From Octopus bimaculoides (Eukaryota): a stretch of 64,000 nt of DNA. Below are positions 37,347-51,706 of the stretch, in pieces. The translations under genes were made by a program, and so were the position numbers. Within the stretch, counting starts at the first letter, position 1, and each line of letters starts with the position of its first letter. The notes under the pieces are model-generated. The model was not told the origin of the DNA. It did no database searches and saw only the letters and a list, made by a program, of their open reading frames with translations. Location: positions 11,750,141 to 11,814,140 of the forward strand of contig NC_069008.1 in NCBI RefSeq assembly GCF_001194135.2, given 5' to 3'.

Positions 37347-38600
37347 CTACCAATGTAGTATTACTTTAAATTCAGTTTAAATGAAAATTTGGGGAGTTCT
37401 TTTAAAATTTGACTTTTCAACTGTTAGCATGTAACAAGTTCTCATCCAGACCTGATCCCAATGCTGGATGTTCAAGAACCAAATGAAAGGTAGGTTTTCA
37501 ACCCCGAGATTCCAAAAAGGTATAATATGTCTATGTAGAGCAAATGTAGACTGAGATACAGGGGTCCTGGACAGATGGACAGACAGAATTTCACGTTTAT
37601 TATAGATAAGAGCATTCTTTCAGAATACAGGATATTCATATATTTGTTTCAGTCATTTGACTGTGGCCATGCTGGAGCACTGCTTTGAAGGGTTTTAGTT
37701 GATCACATATACACCAGAACTTTTCAAGCCTAGTACTTATTCTATCACTCCATTTTGCTGAACTGCTATCTTACAGGGATGTAAACACCAACACCTGTTG
37801 TTGTTAAGCAGTGATGGGGGGATAAATACAGACACACACAGATATATATATACATACATATATACACACACACATATATGTATATATCAAATGACTAATA
37901 ACATGATGGATAATTGTCAGCTCATTACAGCTGTTTCTTATGTAACTTTTAATAGAAGAATGAGAACATNNNNNNNNNNTTTTATATATATATTTTTTTA
38001 CTTGTATATATAAATACAACGGGCTTCTTCCTGTTTGCGTCTACCAAATCCACTCCTTGGGAAGATGTCTTCTGCTACTACCCTAGGTTGACCAATGCCT
38101 TGCTGGTTGGATTCAGTTGATGGAAACTAAAAGAAAGCCTGCGTGTGTACCAAGATGTGGATTGACCCTCACATTTCAGCACTGAAATGAGAGAGTCAGT
38201 CCTATTCCATATCTTTGTATTTTCTCTCCAAACCAAATTTTAAATTTTTGATTCAACTGAAGGTGTCGAAGTGATCACAGAGCAACGTGAAATAAAGTGC
38301 TTTGTTCAAGAAGACAATGCACTACCTGGTCTAAGAATTGAAACCTCAATCTGGCGATTGTGAGTGCAACTCCCTATCATCATCATCATCATCATCATCG
38401 TTTAACGTCTGCTTTCCATGCTAGCATGGGTTGGACGATTTGACTGAGGACTGGTGCAGCCGGATGGCTACACCAGGCTCCAATCTAATTTGGCAGAGTT
38501 TCTACAGCTGGATGCCCTTCCTAACGCCAACCACTCAGAGAGTGTAGTGGGTGCTTTTACGTGTCACCCGCACGAAAGTGTGTGTATGTGTGTGTGCCTG

Positions 38601-38638
<38 letters not shown>

Positions 38639-38643
<5 letters not shown>

Positions 38644-38730
38644 TCAAAAGACATACTAAGTATGTCTACCTGCTTGAAATAACAGTCAAAACCAAGCAGG
38701 TAGACATACTTGGTATGTCCTTTGTTTAAT
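38639..38730. repeat. 92-bp hairpin with self-palindromic arms
   Basis: Arms of about 38 bp (38639-38676 / 38693-38730, 3 mismatches) and a 16-nt loop. Confidence 0.8.
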
Positions 38731-40331
38731 TGTAACCCCTTGGCTATTTAATGCTATTTTTGGCCTTCTATCGCCTATGTCATTGATTCTGTTATTATCA
38801 TTCTTAAAATAGTTACATTGGATAATAACAGAATTATTGACAGACACCTTCGCAAATTAATATACATATATATATGATGGGCTCCCCTGTCGAAGGCAAC
38901 GGACAAGCGTTCAGCTTTTGCCATATGACCTGCACAAATAATTTGTTCATGGTGATCAAATGTTCATGCTGCACATTAGATCACTCTCTCCATCAAATCA
39001 ATGTTGTCTGAGCAGGGGTACTGTGTACCACACATCAGATGTCGAAGTGATCACAGAGCAATATGAGATGAAGTGTTTTGCTCAGGAACACAACCAATGA
39101 ACCTCTTGGTCTTGGAATTGAAACCACAATATTGTGATCTTGAGTGCAACATCCTAACCATCACTACCTGTGAGGTTGCCAGATCAGTTACTGAGAAGAT
39201 TTTCTCTACTCTCACAGACGTCCAGCAATATCCCAGTTAACTGTTTTATATTCACTGAGAAGAAATAAGATATCCTATGGTTACCCCAGAAACCAACTCC
39301 ATTGGGAGACCAGCAATTATATCTGGGAAGATTTATGTTCCTTCCATAATCTGATATCCCTGCAATGTATGGATTATTGTAATTATGTGATTGATAGGTA
39401 TATTAAAAATAACAGGGATCATGGGGATATATTCTAAGGCCTATAGCACATGAAAGAAATATGTGGAATAGTTCTAAATATAAACAGACAAGTTACTATC
39501 ATAAACAATAACCACCACTGCCATCACCACCTCAGCCAACACCAGCTACCACTACTAGTATCACTATTACCATCATCACTACCAAAGACTCCCTTCGGTC
39601 ATGAATGACCATGGGATTGCGCCTAGAAAGTTGCCCTCCGAGGTACAAGTCCAAACAAGGTTGTTTATAGAAGACCAGCAGTCGCCCATGCATACCAGTC
39701 CCCACCCCTCTCTGCGTCACCGATGTTATCCCAGTACAGCTTGACACCAGCAATCTCATTTCTACAGCTGAGTGAACTGGGGTGAATATAAGCAAATGGA
39801 ACAGTCCTAAAAAGGAGTGTTTTTTTGTTTTGTTTTTCTTAATTGTAATCTACATCATCAAAACACACCAGAAAATAAAGGCGAGTAAGGTGCGTGAAAA
39901 TATCGCCCTCAACTCACCATTTTTATTTACCCATTAAGTTCCGATATAATCGTCATCTACACCATCTAAGAAGTATTTCTAGAAAATTTTATAGAAAAAA
40001 ATTCCCGATCTTCTGAAAGATATAAAGAAACGAACGTCGAGGTGTGCGAATTATCCGAAGTTCCTCTCTCTCTACTTCCGAAAAATTATTTTCACAACAA
40101 ATTCTGATATAACCATAATTTACATGATCTTAAAGCAATTTATTTTTCACAAAGATATGTGGAAACAAAGTAGATCGCAATTCTCTAGTTATCCATGGCA
40201 CATTGTACAAGCTTGTCCAACTTTTAGCAACTCACATTTAATCCTTTTGTTTATTAAAGGAACAGTACACTATATGTGTGTGTTTATATATGTTTATACA
40301 TGTGAAATATCTCTTTCCTACTTTCTGTTTC

Positions 40332-40990
40332 AGTGTGAAGCTTTGTGGTTTTCTTAGTTAGAGAGGGGAAGTGACACAATACATTTTACTTCCGTTTTCG
40401 TAGTTGCTTTACTGTTTTGTACAGGTAGAGATATTTCCTTATAAACACTGTTTTTTTTTTAGCAATAAAAGTGAAGATATTATTTAGTAAAATTAAGGTG
40501 AATATCGGTAAGTAAAAACCTTTTGATGTTACTGCTCAGAAATCGCTATTTATTCTATTTTTCAACACTGATTGTCTGAAATAATGATTATTCACATCTA
40601 ATCAAGATTAAGACAAATCAACATATTTATTATTCTAGATAGTTTTTTTTAATTATCCTCCTGAAATTGTATATAAAATATCTGATGTAAAGCTACACTT
40701 TATCTGAAAATTTATTAAATATTACTTCTGTATTTGGTTATTAATTAATACAGACCAAGTGTCACGCAAAACATCACATAAAAGTCATCTGATATTCTGA
40801 TGCCCAATACGAGTGAATTATAGTTAATTCACTTATAGTTAATACATTATAGTTAATACAAAAGTCACATATAAACTTATATTTACGAAAAAAAATTAAC
40901 AAAATAAAACTACGTATTAAAAATATTATGATCGGTTGAATAAGCTTGTAATCCTGTAGAATAGAGTCGGAAATTATCTAGCAAGACAAA
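40332..40990 (+). promoter_or_regulatory. Promoter/first-exon module P2 (upstream of ZNF-D)
   Basis: ctttgtggtttt...aagtgacacaatacattttacttccgtttt is conserved at 51707 and 62972; the downstream intron block is conserved at 52260-52720. Confidence 0.6.
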
Positions 40991-41826
40991 TCCCGTAATT
41001 TCTCTATACTTCTATGTTTTAAACATTTGCGTAACAAAATAATTTTTTATGTTTTTTTTCTTTTCACCATTCAGAGTTTTTCATTTTCTATAACTTTCCT
41101 TCAGCGTTTTTTCGAAATACTTTTTCTTGTAGACATTGGATAATTACGATTATAAAAAATAAAGTTTTCATTAATTTAACTGTTTGGAGTTGATGAAAAC
41201 CGAATCGACAACTTTTATTAGTGGACAGTAGAATTACTATGGATGTTTTACTAACAGTATCAAAAGGTTCGAATTGACCATCTTTACTAAATCAACATTT
41301 TCATTTTTAACAGCTCTGGATTTTCTAAAATTTTTGTAAAAATGTTGTTCAATTTTGACTGACATGTCTCTGCATTATAAGTATTCTTTATATCTTACAT
41401 TCTTGTTTCTCTATTATTTCAGAATATCAGAAACAACAAAGAATTATTTATATCAATATACATCATCAATAGATGTCTTCTTTTTAAGTCTAAATGGAAA
41501 TTTTACACAGAACAGATACAATACTGTTTATATAAAGCTAAGATGGACTACAGATAAATATTTCTCTGGAACTGTTGTCATACCAACTCTTGTTTACTTC
41601 ACTGCTTTGATTGTTTGCCCACTGATCTTGCATTACACTTTCACTTTTCCACTGTGTAAGATGATTTTACATAGTTCTTAAACTTGGAAGAATTTTCAAA
41701 GAAGTCTGCAGTATCTTCAGATATCATAATATTTGATGGAAATGTAGGTATAGTAATATTTATTAGGAATAAAATATAAAAACACAAAGAGTAACGGGTG
41801 TACATGATAGAAAGGAAAGAAGAATT

Positions 41827-42909
41827 ATGGAAATTGAGTTTAGTGAGAACATTGTTAAATGTGAAACAGACTCTAAAATCATTGATTTTCCTGATAATAT
41901 AAAGCCACATCACTGTGATTTATGTGGTAAATCATTCACTTGTACATACGCCCTGACTACTCACAAACGCATTCATACAGGGGAGAAACCGTATCACTGT
42001 GATATCTGTGGTAAGTCATTCCGTGAAGCTAGTTCTTTAACTAGACACAAACGCATTCATACAGAAGACAAAGCATATCACTGTAACATTTGTGGTAAAT
42101 CATTCTCTCGTGCAAATTCCTTAGCTACTCACAAACACATTCATATGGAAGAGAAACCATATGATTGTGACATCTGTGGTAAATCATTCTCTCAGAACTG
42201 GAGCCTAACTAAACATAAGTCTATTCATACAGGAGAAAAGCCATATCACTGTGATATTTGTGGTAAATCATTCACCCAAAAATGGAGCCTGGCTACACAT
42301 AAGTCTATACATACAGGAGAAAAACCATATCAATGTGATACCTGTGGTAAATCTTTCTCCCAAAAATGGAGCTTAACTACACACAAGTCTATACATACAG
42401 GAGAAAAACCATATCACTGTGATGTCTGTGGTAAATCTTTCTCCCAAAATGCACACATGACTACTCACAAACTCATTCACTCAGAAGAGAAACCATATCG
42501 TTGTGACATTTGCGATAAATCCTTTTCTCAAAGTATTCATTTAACCAAGCACATACGCATTCATACAGGAGAGAAACCCTATCACTGTGATATCTGTGAC
42601 AAATCATTCTCTGGAAAATGTGACTTAAATAGGCACAAACGCACTCATACAGGAGAGAAACCATATCCTTGTGATATCTGTGGTAAATCATTCTCTCAGA
42701 ATGGTCACCTAATTACTCACCACCGTGTTCATACAGGAGAAAAGCCATATCACTGTGATATCTGTGGTAAATCATTTTCTGATGGGAGTGCTTTCAGTCA
42801 ACACAAGCTCATTCATACAGGAAAGAAACCATACCATTGCCATATCTGTGGTAAATCATATTCACGTGGCTATAGGTTAAGTACTCACAAATGCATTCGT
42901 ACACAATAG
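41827..42909 (+). CDS. C2H2 zinc-finger protein D (360 aa; 11 complete fingers + 1 lacking the last His)
   Basis: Intact ORF; acceptor AG at 41421-41422; AATAAA at 43279-43284. Confidence 0.92.
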   Translation: MEIEFSENIVKCETDSKIIDFPDNIKPHHCDLCGKSFTCTYALTTHKRIHTGEKPYHCDICGKSFREASSLTRHKRIHTEDKAYHCNICGKSFSRANSLATHKHIHMEEKPYDCDICGKSFSQNWSLTKHKSIHTGEKPYHCDICGKSFTQKWSLATHKSIHTGEKPYQCDTCGKSFSQKWSLTTHKSIHTGEKPYHCDVCGKSFSQNAHMTTHKLIHSEEKPYRCDICDKSFSQSIHLTKHIRIHTGEKPYHCDICDKSFSGKCDLNRHKRTHTGEKPYPCDICGKSFSQNGHLITHHRVHTGEKPYHCDICGKSFSDGSAFSQHKLIHTGKKPYHCHICGKSYSRGYRLSTHKCIRTQ

Positions 42910-43170
42910 AAATCATATCACTGTGCTGTCTGTGGTAAATCATTCTCTAGAAAATGTGACTTAACTAGTGACAAATGCACTCATACAGGAAAGAAACTGT
43001 GTCACTGTGATATCTGTGGTAAACTATTCTCTTGAAATTTCCACCTGATTACTCACCAACATATTCATGCAGAGAAAAGCCATATCACTGATATTTTTGG
43101 TAAATTGTTTTCTCAAAAATGTTGACATAAGCAAGCAGATATACATTCATACAGGAGAGAAATCATATCA
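42910..43170 (+). pseudogene. Decayed fingers in the 3'UTR of ZNF-D
   Basis: In frame after TAG: [52 protein letters not shown], then frameshifts. Confidence 0.85.
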
Positions 43171-44040
43171 TCTATTCATACAGAATATGATATAGGGTCA
43201 TAATACATACAGTACAAGTATGGCATGTACAACCCTGTATTTTTTCCTTTTTTTTTTTTTTTGACCCTATAATTTTTCAATAAATTCTTTCCTTTTATTC
43301 ATTGGTATAACCATATTCATGATACTTCATTGGGTATTCTTTTACTTGTTCCAGTCATTTGATTGTGGCCATGCTGGAGCACTGCCTTAAAGGGTTTTAG
43401 TTTAGTCAAAGAAATCCACCCCAGGACTTATTTTTCGTAAGCCTGGTACTTATTCTATCAGGCTTTTTCAGTTTTCGTCTACCAAATCCACTCACAAAGC
43501 TTTGGTTAGCCTCGACTATAGTAAAAGACATTTACCCAAGGTGCCATGCAGTGGAACTGAACCTAGAACCATGTGGTTGGGAAGCAAGCTTCTTACCACA
43601 GCCATGCCTGTGCCTATAGTTTAGAAATTCTTTTTAAATGGCCATTAATATTACCCTATGGAACAAAGAGTCAATATTCATATTGGCATTGATACTTTGG
43701 GAGAGAGGGATTCAACATGTTTTCCTTTTTGCTTTACAACCACCTGGTTTGGGGTTCAGTCCTGCTGCGTGGCACCTTGTGCAAATGTTTTCTATAAGCT
43801 TATAAGTAAAAGGATTATGTCATACATGTTTGTGTGTTTGCACATATGTGTCCCTGTTCTGATATAACTTGAATATTGTAAACAAGTGTCACTGTCATAC
43901 AAGTGATGTCATCCATTTCCAGCTTTTGATGAAAACATGTCTAGCCATGGGGAAATATTATTTTGCTTGGAAGCTATTGAATGTTAGTGATAGTGTTAAC
44001 TCAACTAAAATCATTTAACCCATACAAGCCTGGGTGTTAA

Positions 44041-44263
44041 CCCTTTTGTTACCATACTTCTGTTGAGATGCTCAGCGTTTTCCTTCAATTAATATTAGAT
44101 ATAACAAAGAGTTTAGTAAAATATCTTAATTATCATTCAGCTAGTGTTAGGAACATAAATTGTGACTAAGGTTTGGTGGAAGACTTTAATTCAGAACTTT
44201 TGAAAACAAGACATTTGTACTACAGAGCCAGAGGCGGTTTCAGCCAGGTTGGTATCAAAAGGG
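44041..44263. mobile_element. piggyBac-type MITE
   Basis: TTAA|CCC...GGG|TTAA with TIR cccttttgttacca / tggtatcaaaaggg. Confidence 0.75.
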
Positions 44264-44778
44264 TTAAAGTAATGATGATATCTGTGTGTGTTTCCATTTG
44301 CACTTCACGAAAAATCGTTTGGTCATAAGCAGAGTTGATTTTGTCAGTTTCTTTTTGTAACAAAGCTGCTCAGTTTGTGTCTCTGGAACTTTGGAAATAA
44401 AAGATCCCTTACTTAAAAGAACTGATAATGGGTAACAACAGTAAGGGCATTGTCTGTGAAACATTGCCTCACTAATATGAAGGGAAAATAACTGATAAAT
44501 GTTTTATAAATCCAAGCTAACACCACTCTACAATTATTGTGTGAGAAATAAATACATTATCCACAAAATATAACATTTCATTATAACATAGAAAGGATAT
44601 TCATGTGATATCATATATTTGTTATTTACATACCTGACATAAATTCAGTTCTGTAATTTCTGTTGTAACCTAAGTTATGAATTTACTGTTTTCATTAATT
44701 TATATAATGATTGTACTATAATCCAGGCCTACTTTAATCAACAATACCAATTAATACAAGCTTACACACAGACATGGT

Positions 44779-45156
44779 GGAGGTGCAATGGCCCAGTGGT
44801 TAGGGCAGCAGATTTGCGGTCATAGGATCACGGTTTCGATTCCCAGACCGGGTGTTGTGAGTGTTTATTGAGCAAAAACACTTAAAGCTCCACGTGGCTC
44901 CGGCAGGGGATGGTGGCGAACCCTGCTGTACTCTTTCACCACAACATTATCTCGCTCTTCCTGTTTCTGTTGTGCCTGTAATTCAAAGGGTCAGCCTTGT
45001 CACACTGTGCCATGCTGAATATCCCCGAGAACTACGTTAAAGGTACACGTGTCTGTGGAGTGCTCAGCCACTTGGACGTTAATTTCACGAGCAGGCTGTT
45101 CCGTTGATCGGATCAACTGGAACCCTCGACGTCGTAAGCGACGGAGTGCCAGCAAC
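44779..45156 (+). mobile_element. SINE family D
   Basis: Full-length; A-box tggcccagtgg, B-box gtttcgattcc; imperfect TSD cacacagacatg/cacacagacacg. Confidence 0.88.
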
Positions 45157-45402
45157 ACACAGACACGTGTGCATGCACACAAGTTTGTGTATAAAACAGG
45201 TAATGATTGGCAACAGGAGGAGAACTCAGACTTTAAAAATTCTTTTCCAAAGTCCCCATCCAACCCACATTTACACGAGAAAATCAACATTAAACAAATT
45301 ATTGACTGGCATGTAAAAAGCACTATTCAAGTGTTGGGCCTCACGGAAGCAGTGATGTCAAGCCAAGTGATATCATAGTCATGGCCGATGCCTGTGTCAT
45401 GT

Positions 45403-45754
45403 TTTTGGTGTTGGCACTCCGTCGCTTGATCCGATCAACGGAACAGCCTGCTCGTGAAGTTAACATGCAAGTGGCTGAGCACTCCACAGACACGTGTACC
45501 TTTAACGTAGTTCTCGGGGATATTCAGCGTGACACAGTATGACAAGGCTGACCCTTTAAATTACAGGCACAACAGAAACAGGAAGTAAGAGTGAGAGAAA
45601 GTTGTGGTGGAAGAGTACAGCAGGGTTCGCCACCATCCCCTGCCGGAGCCTTTTGGAGCTTTAGGTGTTTTCGCTCAATAAACACTCACAACGCCCGGTC
45701 GGGAAATTGAAACCGCGTCTCCGCTGCCCTAACCACTGGGCCATTGCGCCTCCA
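45403..45754 (-). mobile_element. SINE family D, 12-bp TSD, inserted in an RTE tail remnant
   Basis: cctgtgtcatgt at 45391-45402 and 45755-45766. Confidence 0.9.
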
Positions 45755-48245
45755 CCTGTGTCATGTAATTGGCCCATTAAAAATACCCTTCAGTTGTTGG
45801 GCAATATGTTGTGCTTATGAAGACCTGCCAAACTAAATGAAATCATAGTCATGGCTAATGCCAGTGCCATTTGACCGGCACATAAAAAGCACCTCTTGAG
45901 TGTTGGGCCTCATGGAGGCAGTGACAGGTGACCAAGACCCTTGGCAGTATACTGTGCTTGTGTAAACCTGTCAAGCCAAGTGAGACTGTAGTTGTGGCCA
46001 ATGCTGGTTCAGGTTAATATCACCCATGCTGGTGGCTCATAGAAAGCACCCACTACACTCTCAGAGTGGTTGGTGTTAGGAAGGGCATCCAGCTATAAAA
46101 ACATTGCCTAATCAGATTGGAACCTGGTGCAGCTCCCCTGGCTTACCAGTTTTCAGCATAGGAAGTAGACATTAAATGATGATGATGATGCACAGGCAGT
46201 GACTGTGTCAGGAAATTTGCTTTCCCACCACATAACTTCAGATTAGGTCCTTATGTTTAGCACCTTGAACAAGTATCCGCTATTACTCCGTGTTGTCCAA
46301 AGCCTCGAGTATATTTGGTAGTCAGAAACTGAAGGCAACTTTGTTGTATAGATCATTGGTATATCTATATTTATGACATTTCACTTTGTGCTTTAGAAAT
46401 ATTTTAATGACTGAAGCCTTTGGCAATATGCCATGCTTGGAAAGAAGGCCCATCAAGCCAAGTGAAACCATAGTTGTGGCAGATACTGGGTCACACAACT
46501 GGCACCCATGCCAGTGGCATGTAAAAACACCCTTTATACTCTCAGAGTGGTTGGGATTAGGAAGGGCATCCAGCCATAGAAACCATGCCAAATCAGACGG
46601 GAGTCTGGTGCAGCCCCTCAGCTTACCAGTCCTGGTCAAACTGTCCAACCCATACCAGCATGGACAACAGACGTTAAATGATGATATCTATGTTTATCTT
46701 CTTGCTTTGACTTCCAGTGATAGTTGTAAGCAAGTGCAGCCATCATACAAGTAGTTATTGACTTCCAACCTTCTGGCGCATATACTACCACTACACACAT
46801 TCCATTTCTACCAAGAACACCATCTCTAAAAATACACACATTTCCCATACGCTTCCAGAAAACTTGTCACTTTGAAACACTTCCAGAGATGGTGCTTTGG
46901 TACCAAGAGACATAACTCTTAACTTAAACCTTGCTCAGTTCATTCCATTGTCTTTTTCACACCAACCACAAATTGGATATATGTTCAGCCCCAACAATAG
47001 AGATCAGTTCTCATATTTCATTCCATAACTGCCATTTCTGAAGAGCTCAGGGTTACATAAATGGACTGCTGCCTAACACCTCTGTTGAACCCCTAGTGCA
47101 AAACTAATCGGTAAGGTTGACTGTAATGGATATATAATATTGTACACTTTGATTAATATACTGAGAGCCATTAGTGAGAGATTATCAATCTGAAAAAATT
47201 TTATAAGCTCTCTGTTTGTACACCAGGCTAACAATATTGTTTAGATTAGCAAAGAACTCTGCCTATTCTTGTGCTATGACCATTCTACATTGTAAATCCA
47301 TGGTTGTGCTCCAGTTACACTAGTTTTTATAGAATGATATGCAAGACTAGGTACAAAATAATGGTCATTACCTATTTTTCTTTATTGTAGTAAATTTGAC
47401 TTAGGGCTGTTTCTAGTAGTCATTATAGGTTCGTCATTGATAGATTTACTCAATCGGTTCATTGATTGGTTGAGAAAAATTGAATGACTCCAACAATTTA
47501 TGTTACTTTTGTCAGAATCATTTCTGGTTATAATCAAGCAGAACCTTGAATGAATGGTATAGGCAAGAAGAGAGGCGATAAGAATCGGTAAGTGAAAGAG
47601 AGATAAAGAGGAAAGAAAGGAATAGGAGAAGGCATTCAATAGAAAAGGAGGCAGAGAATGATTGAAATTCAGAAAAGGATAATCATAAAAACATTAGTGT
47701 TTATAATTAGGTCATCACACAGGAAAATATTTGCATTGTTTTGGGGTCAGATACCAAATATTATATTGAAATTTGATAAAGGTTACTTACACAGTCAACT
47801 TAAATCTTTAGTGTTTGGTTATTTGTATTATCACACATCATAATATAATGTAGTTACTACTGATATTTCATTCATCTTTTTTAATACGATTCCCCCACTA
47901 TGCATGATAGAGTAAATGACATATATCCACAGCAGAGTGAATGTTACTACATGAATAAAGGGATACCACATTCATACTGTATAGTCATCGATTCTACTGC
48001 AAAGATTTTCTCTTCTCTCACAGATATTCCAATTAACTGTCTTATTATCATTGAGAGGAAGTAGGATAGCCTATAGTTGCTGGAAATATTAGCCCCACAT
48101 ACCAACTCTCTTGTAGGACCAGCAATTGGCTCTGGGAAGATTTATGGTCCTTCTATAATCTAACGACTCCCTACAATGTATGGATTGTTGTTATGTGATT
48201 GCTTAGTACACTAGGAATAGCAGGGATCACATGGATTTATTCTAA

Positions 48246-49225
<980 letters not shown>

Positions 49226-49900
49226 CGCTTTGAAGTCTCTCCAGAGTTTTTCTAATCTTTGTTTCTCAAATGCTGGGGCAATTTCCATCTGTTTCGTTAG
49301 ATTCCTTTTCCTCCTCGGGATGTTTTCCATCCCTCGGTAGTGTCTGGGTTTCTGGAGAGATGATTTCCCTTTTGACTGTCTTATTCCATAGGCAGATTGT
49401 ATAAAAGTCTCCAAATGTGGCTAGCATGTTTTCAGAGTGCTCTTCCATATGAGCACATTCAGTTTCTGGACTATCTTCTCGTTCAATGATTCCCATTTTT
49501 CTTTTGCACAGCCTCCTACAGTGTCTTGTCTTTAAGAGCCACTAAAAACTCCTCATCTGAATCAACAGCATGGATGTCTTTGACTCCTGGCATTGGTTTT
49601 CTGATAACTTATGTCCTGGAGTAATGCACTGCTGTTCATTCAACAGAGTCCTTGCACATCCCTATTTCGACCTGTGGATTGTCATGCCATGCACTGAGGA
49701 GAAACTTCTTCCACTGACACACAAGAATTTCACTTGTCCCGTGCTTATAATCTCATATGCATTCCTGGTCATAGTGATTATTTTACCAATGGATTCATTC
49801 TTCTCTCTCCCTTTTGGTGAATTCCAGGAGCATCTTTCATTGCTGGAGCTCATAGCCTTATAATAATAATGGCAAAGCGGGTAGCTAACCCTCAGAGCCT
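49226..49900 (-). mobile_element. HERO/NeSL-like RLE LINE, N-terminal region
   Basis: Degenerate N-terminal finger CVSGRSFSSVHGMTIHRSK*GC, then LATFGDF and NIPRRKRNLTKQMEIAPAFEKQRLEKLWRDFK. Confidence 0.55.
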
Positions 49901-51706
49901 GTGTGTCTAGTCTTTCCTAATGTTATAATGTTACCCAGTCCTTCCTGGATGTCCTCTGGCCTGTTCCTGAAAGTCAATTGTCCAGCCATAAGTCAGTGGT
50001 AAGAAACTCTCAAAAGAGATGACCAAAGAAACCCTAATCAGGCAGATGTTATGGTCCTTAACATCTTACACTCTAAGGGAGTGGTCAGGCTAGATCCAGG
50101 TGATGACCCCTGGGTGCCCTTCTGCTGACACATTTTAACCCCTTGGATATAGAAGACTTGTGCATTTAAACCACCTGGAGATCTCATATAGTTGGAACTC
50201 TTCTCTGTTGATTCAGCTTTCAAACTTCAACTTAAAGAAGAAATAACATTGATTGTCATGGTAGTGGTGAAACGTCAGCACTATCACAATCGTTCAGAGT
50301 TATTTCCTTAGTGTTAAAAACACAAAATGGTGTGGAAGTCGTTTTTGTTCCTCCTAAACAAGATCCAGCTAGAACATTTCTCTACTGTCTCTGATATTGC
50401 CTTTAGAGGTTTTGGTTCTGTTCTTATAATCTAATGCTGAAATTGCATCTCTACAAAACCTTGGAGTTAACTCTTTCACCCAGCAGCAGTGGTGGCTCAT
50501 GAATAAAATTAGTGGAGATGCTGCTTCAGAAACTTTTTAGCCGTTGTTTTAATATTGTGTAAAAGGAAACAAACAGATAAAAAGAAAATTTATACATAAA
50601 CTTGAGTGGTTCACATTCTAGCCACTGCCATGTAGTGTTTAATTTGTTCACTGAACGCTGCTGCGAATTCCCCCATTTTTCAAAGATCCTTCCTATATCA
50701 CAAAATAAGGGGGGAAAATCTGCCCTATTTTTAAAACCTGGCAGCAACATTGTAACTGGAAGCAGGATAATAATCAAATTCTGCACTTTATCACATTCAA
50801 GAATATAAACATATTTTTAAGCACAACACATGCAGAGTCAAAAAGAAACACTACCTTTCACCCGGCACACCTGGGTTGGCACTGCGTGATCCACAATGCT
50901 CTCTCTCCCTAGCGTGTGGCTTCCTATCTCGGACATGTGAGCATGCGCACAACAGCCAAACACCTCATCACTGGAACTGTGAAGCGCATAATTCTATACA
51001 AGGATTTTTGTATCTTTTTCATAAACTAGGGGATAGCTACTGACATTAAGCTTAAGGATTATACAATGTACAAGTATAAAGAAAGAATTAAAGTAAAAGA
51101 CGGACTCATTATATTGAATATTATCGATAATATTAAGTGGAAATAGGAGGTGCTACAGTTCTGCAGTGCCTATACACGAGCTGCACTGCATAGCAGTATA
51201 TGAGCAAAAATTAAACTTCTGAGAAGGCTTTCCCGCTTTCAACCACATGCCTCTTCTATGGGACATTGACTTTCTATATTCTCTCCTACCCTATCGCCAG
51301 TTCAGGCAGTCACAATGTAATTTTATATTCTTGTTATGGGTTTCACACTTCTCCTTACGAAGGACTTTTCTTATACCGCCGCTTCTTCCTCTGTTTTAAT
51401 TCTCTCTAACAAAGTCAAAAAATTTCTTGAGGTCGAACCCATTTTCAAGGTAAATTTTTCAAAGGAATTGTTGATCGCATGCTCGTGCACAAATGAAAAA
51501 AAATGATTAACGAAGCGGAGTTACCATGACAACGAAGTTTTGACTTCTACTGTGAGAACACTGGTTTAAAATACGTAAATTTAAATGCTTCTAATTTCTT
51601 TATTAATGACAACTTTCCAAAATAATGATGATTGGTATTCGTCATTAGCAACAACATCGAAACTAAAATTTCCGAAAAATTTAATACAATTCTTTGTCTT
51701 TTGTTT

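Noticed and set aside
46700-47400. Possible L1/Tx1-like RT remnant on the minus strand (RGVRQ-like), candidate partner of the half-LINE
   Set aside because: Too degenerate to call by eye; needs TBLASTN/HMM support.
51150-51430. Faint resemblance to a Merlin/IS1595-type transposase N-terminus on the minus strand
   Set aside because: Only short, frameshifted similarity; no DDE motifs or TIRs found.
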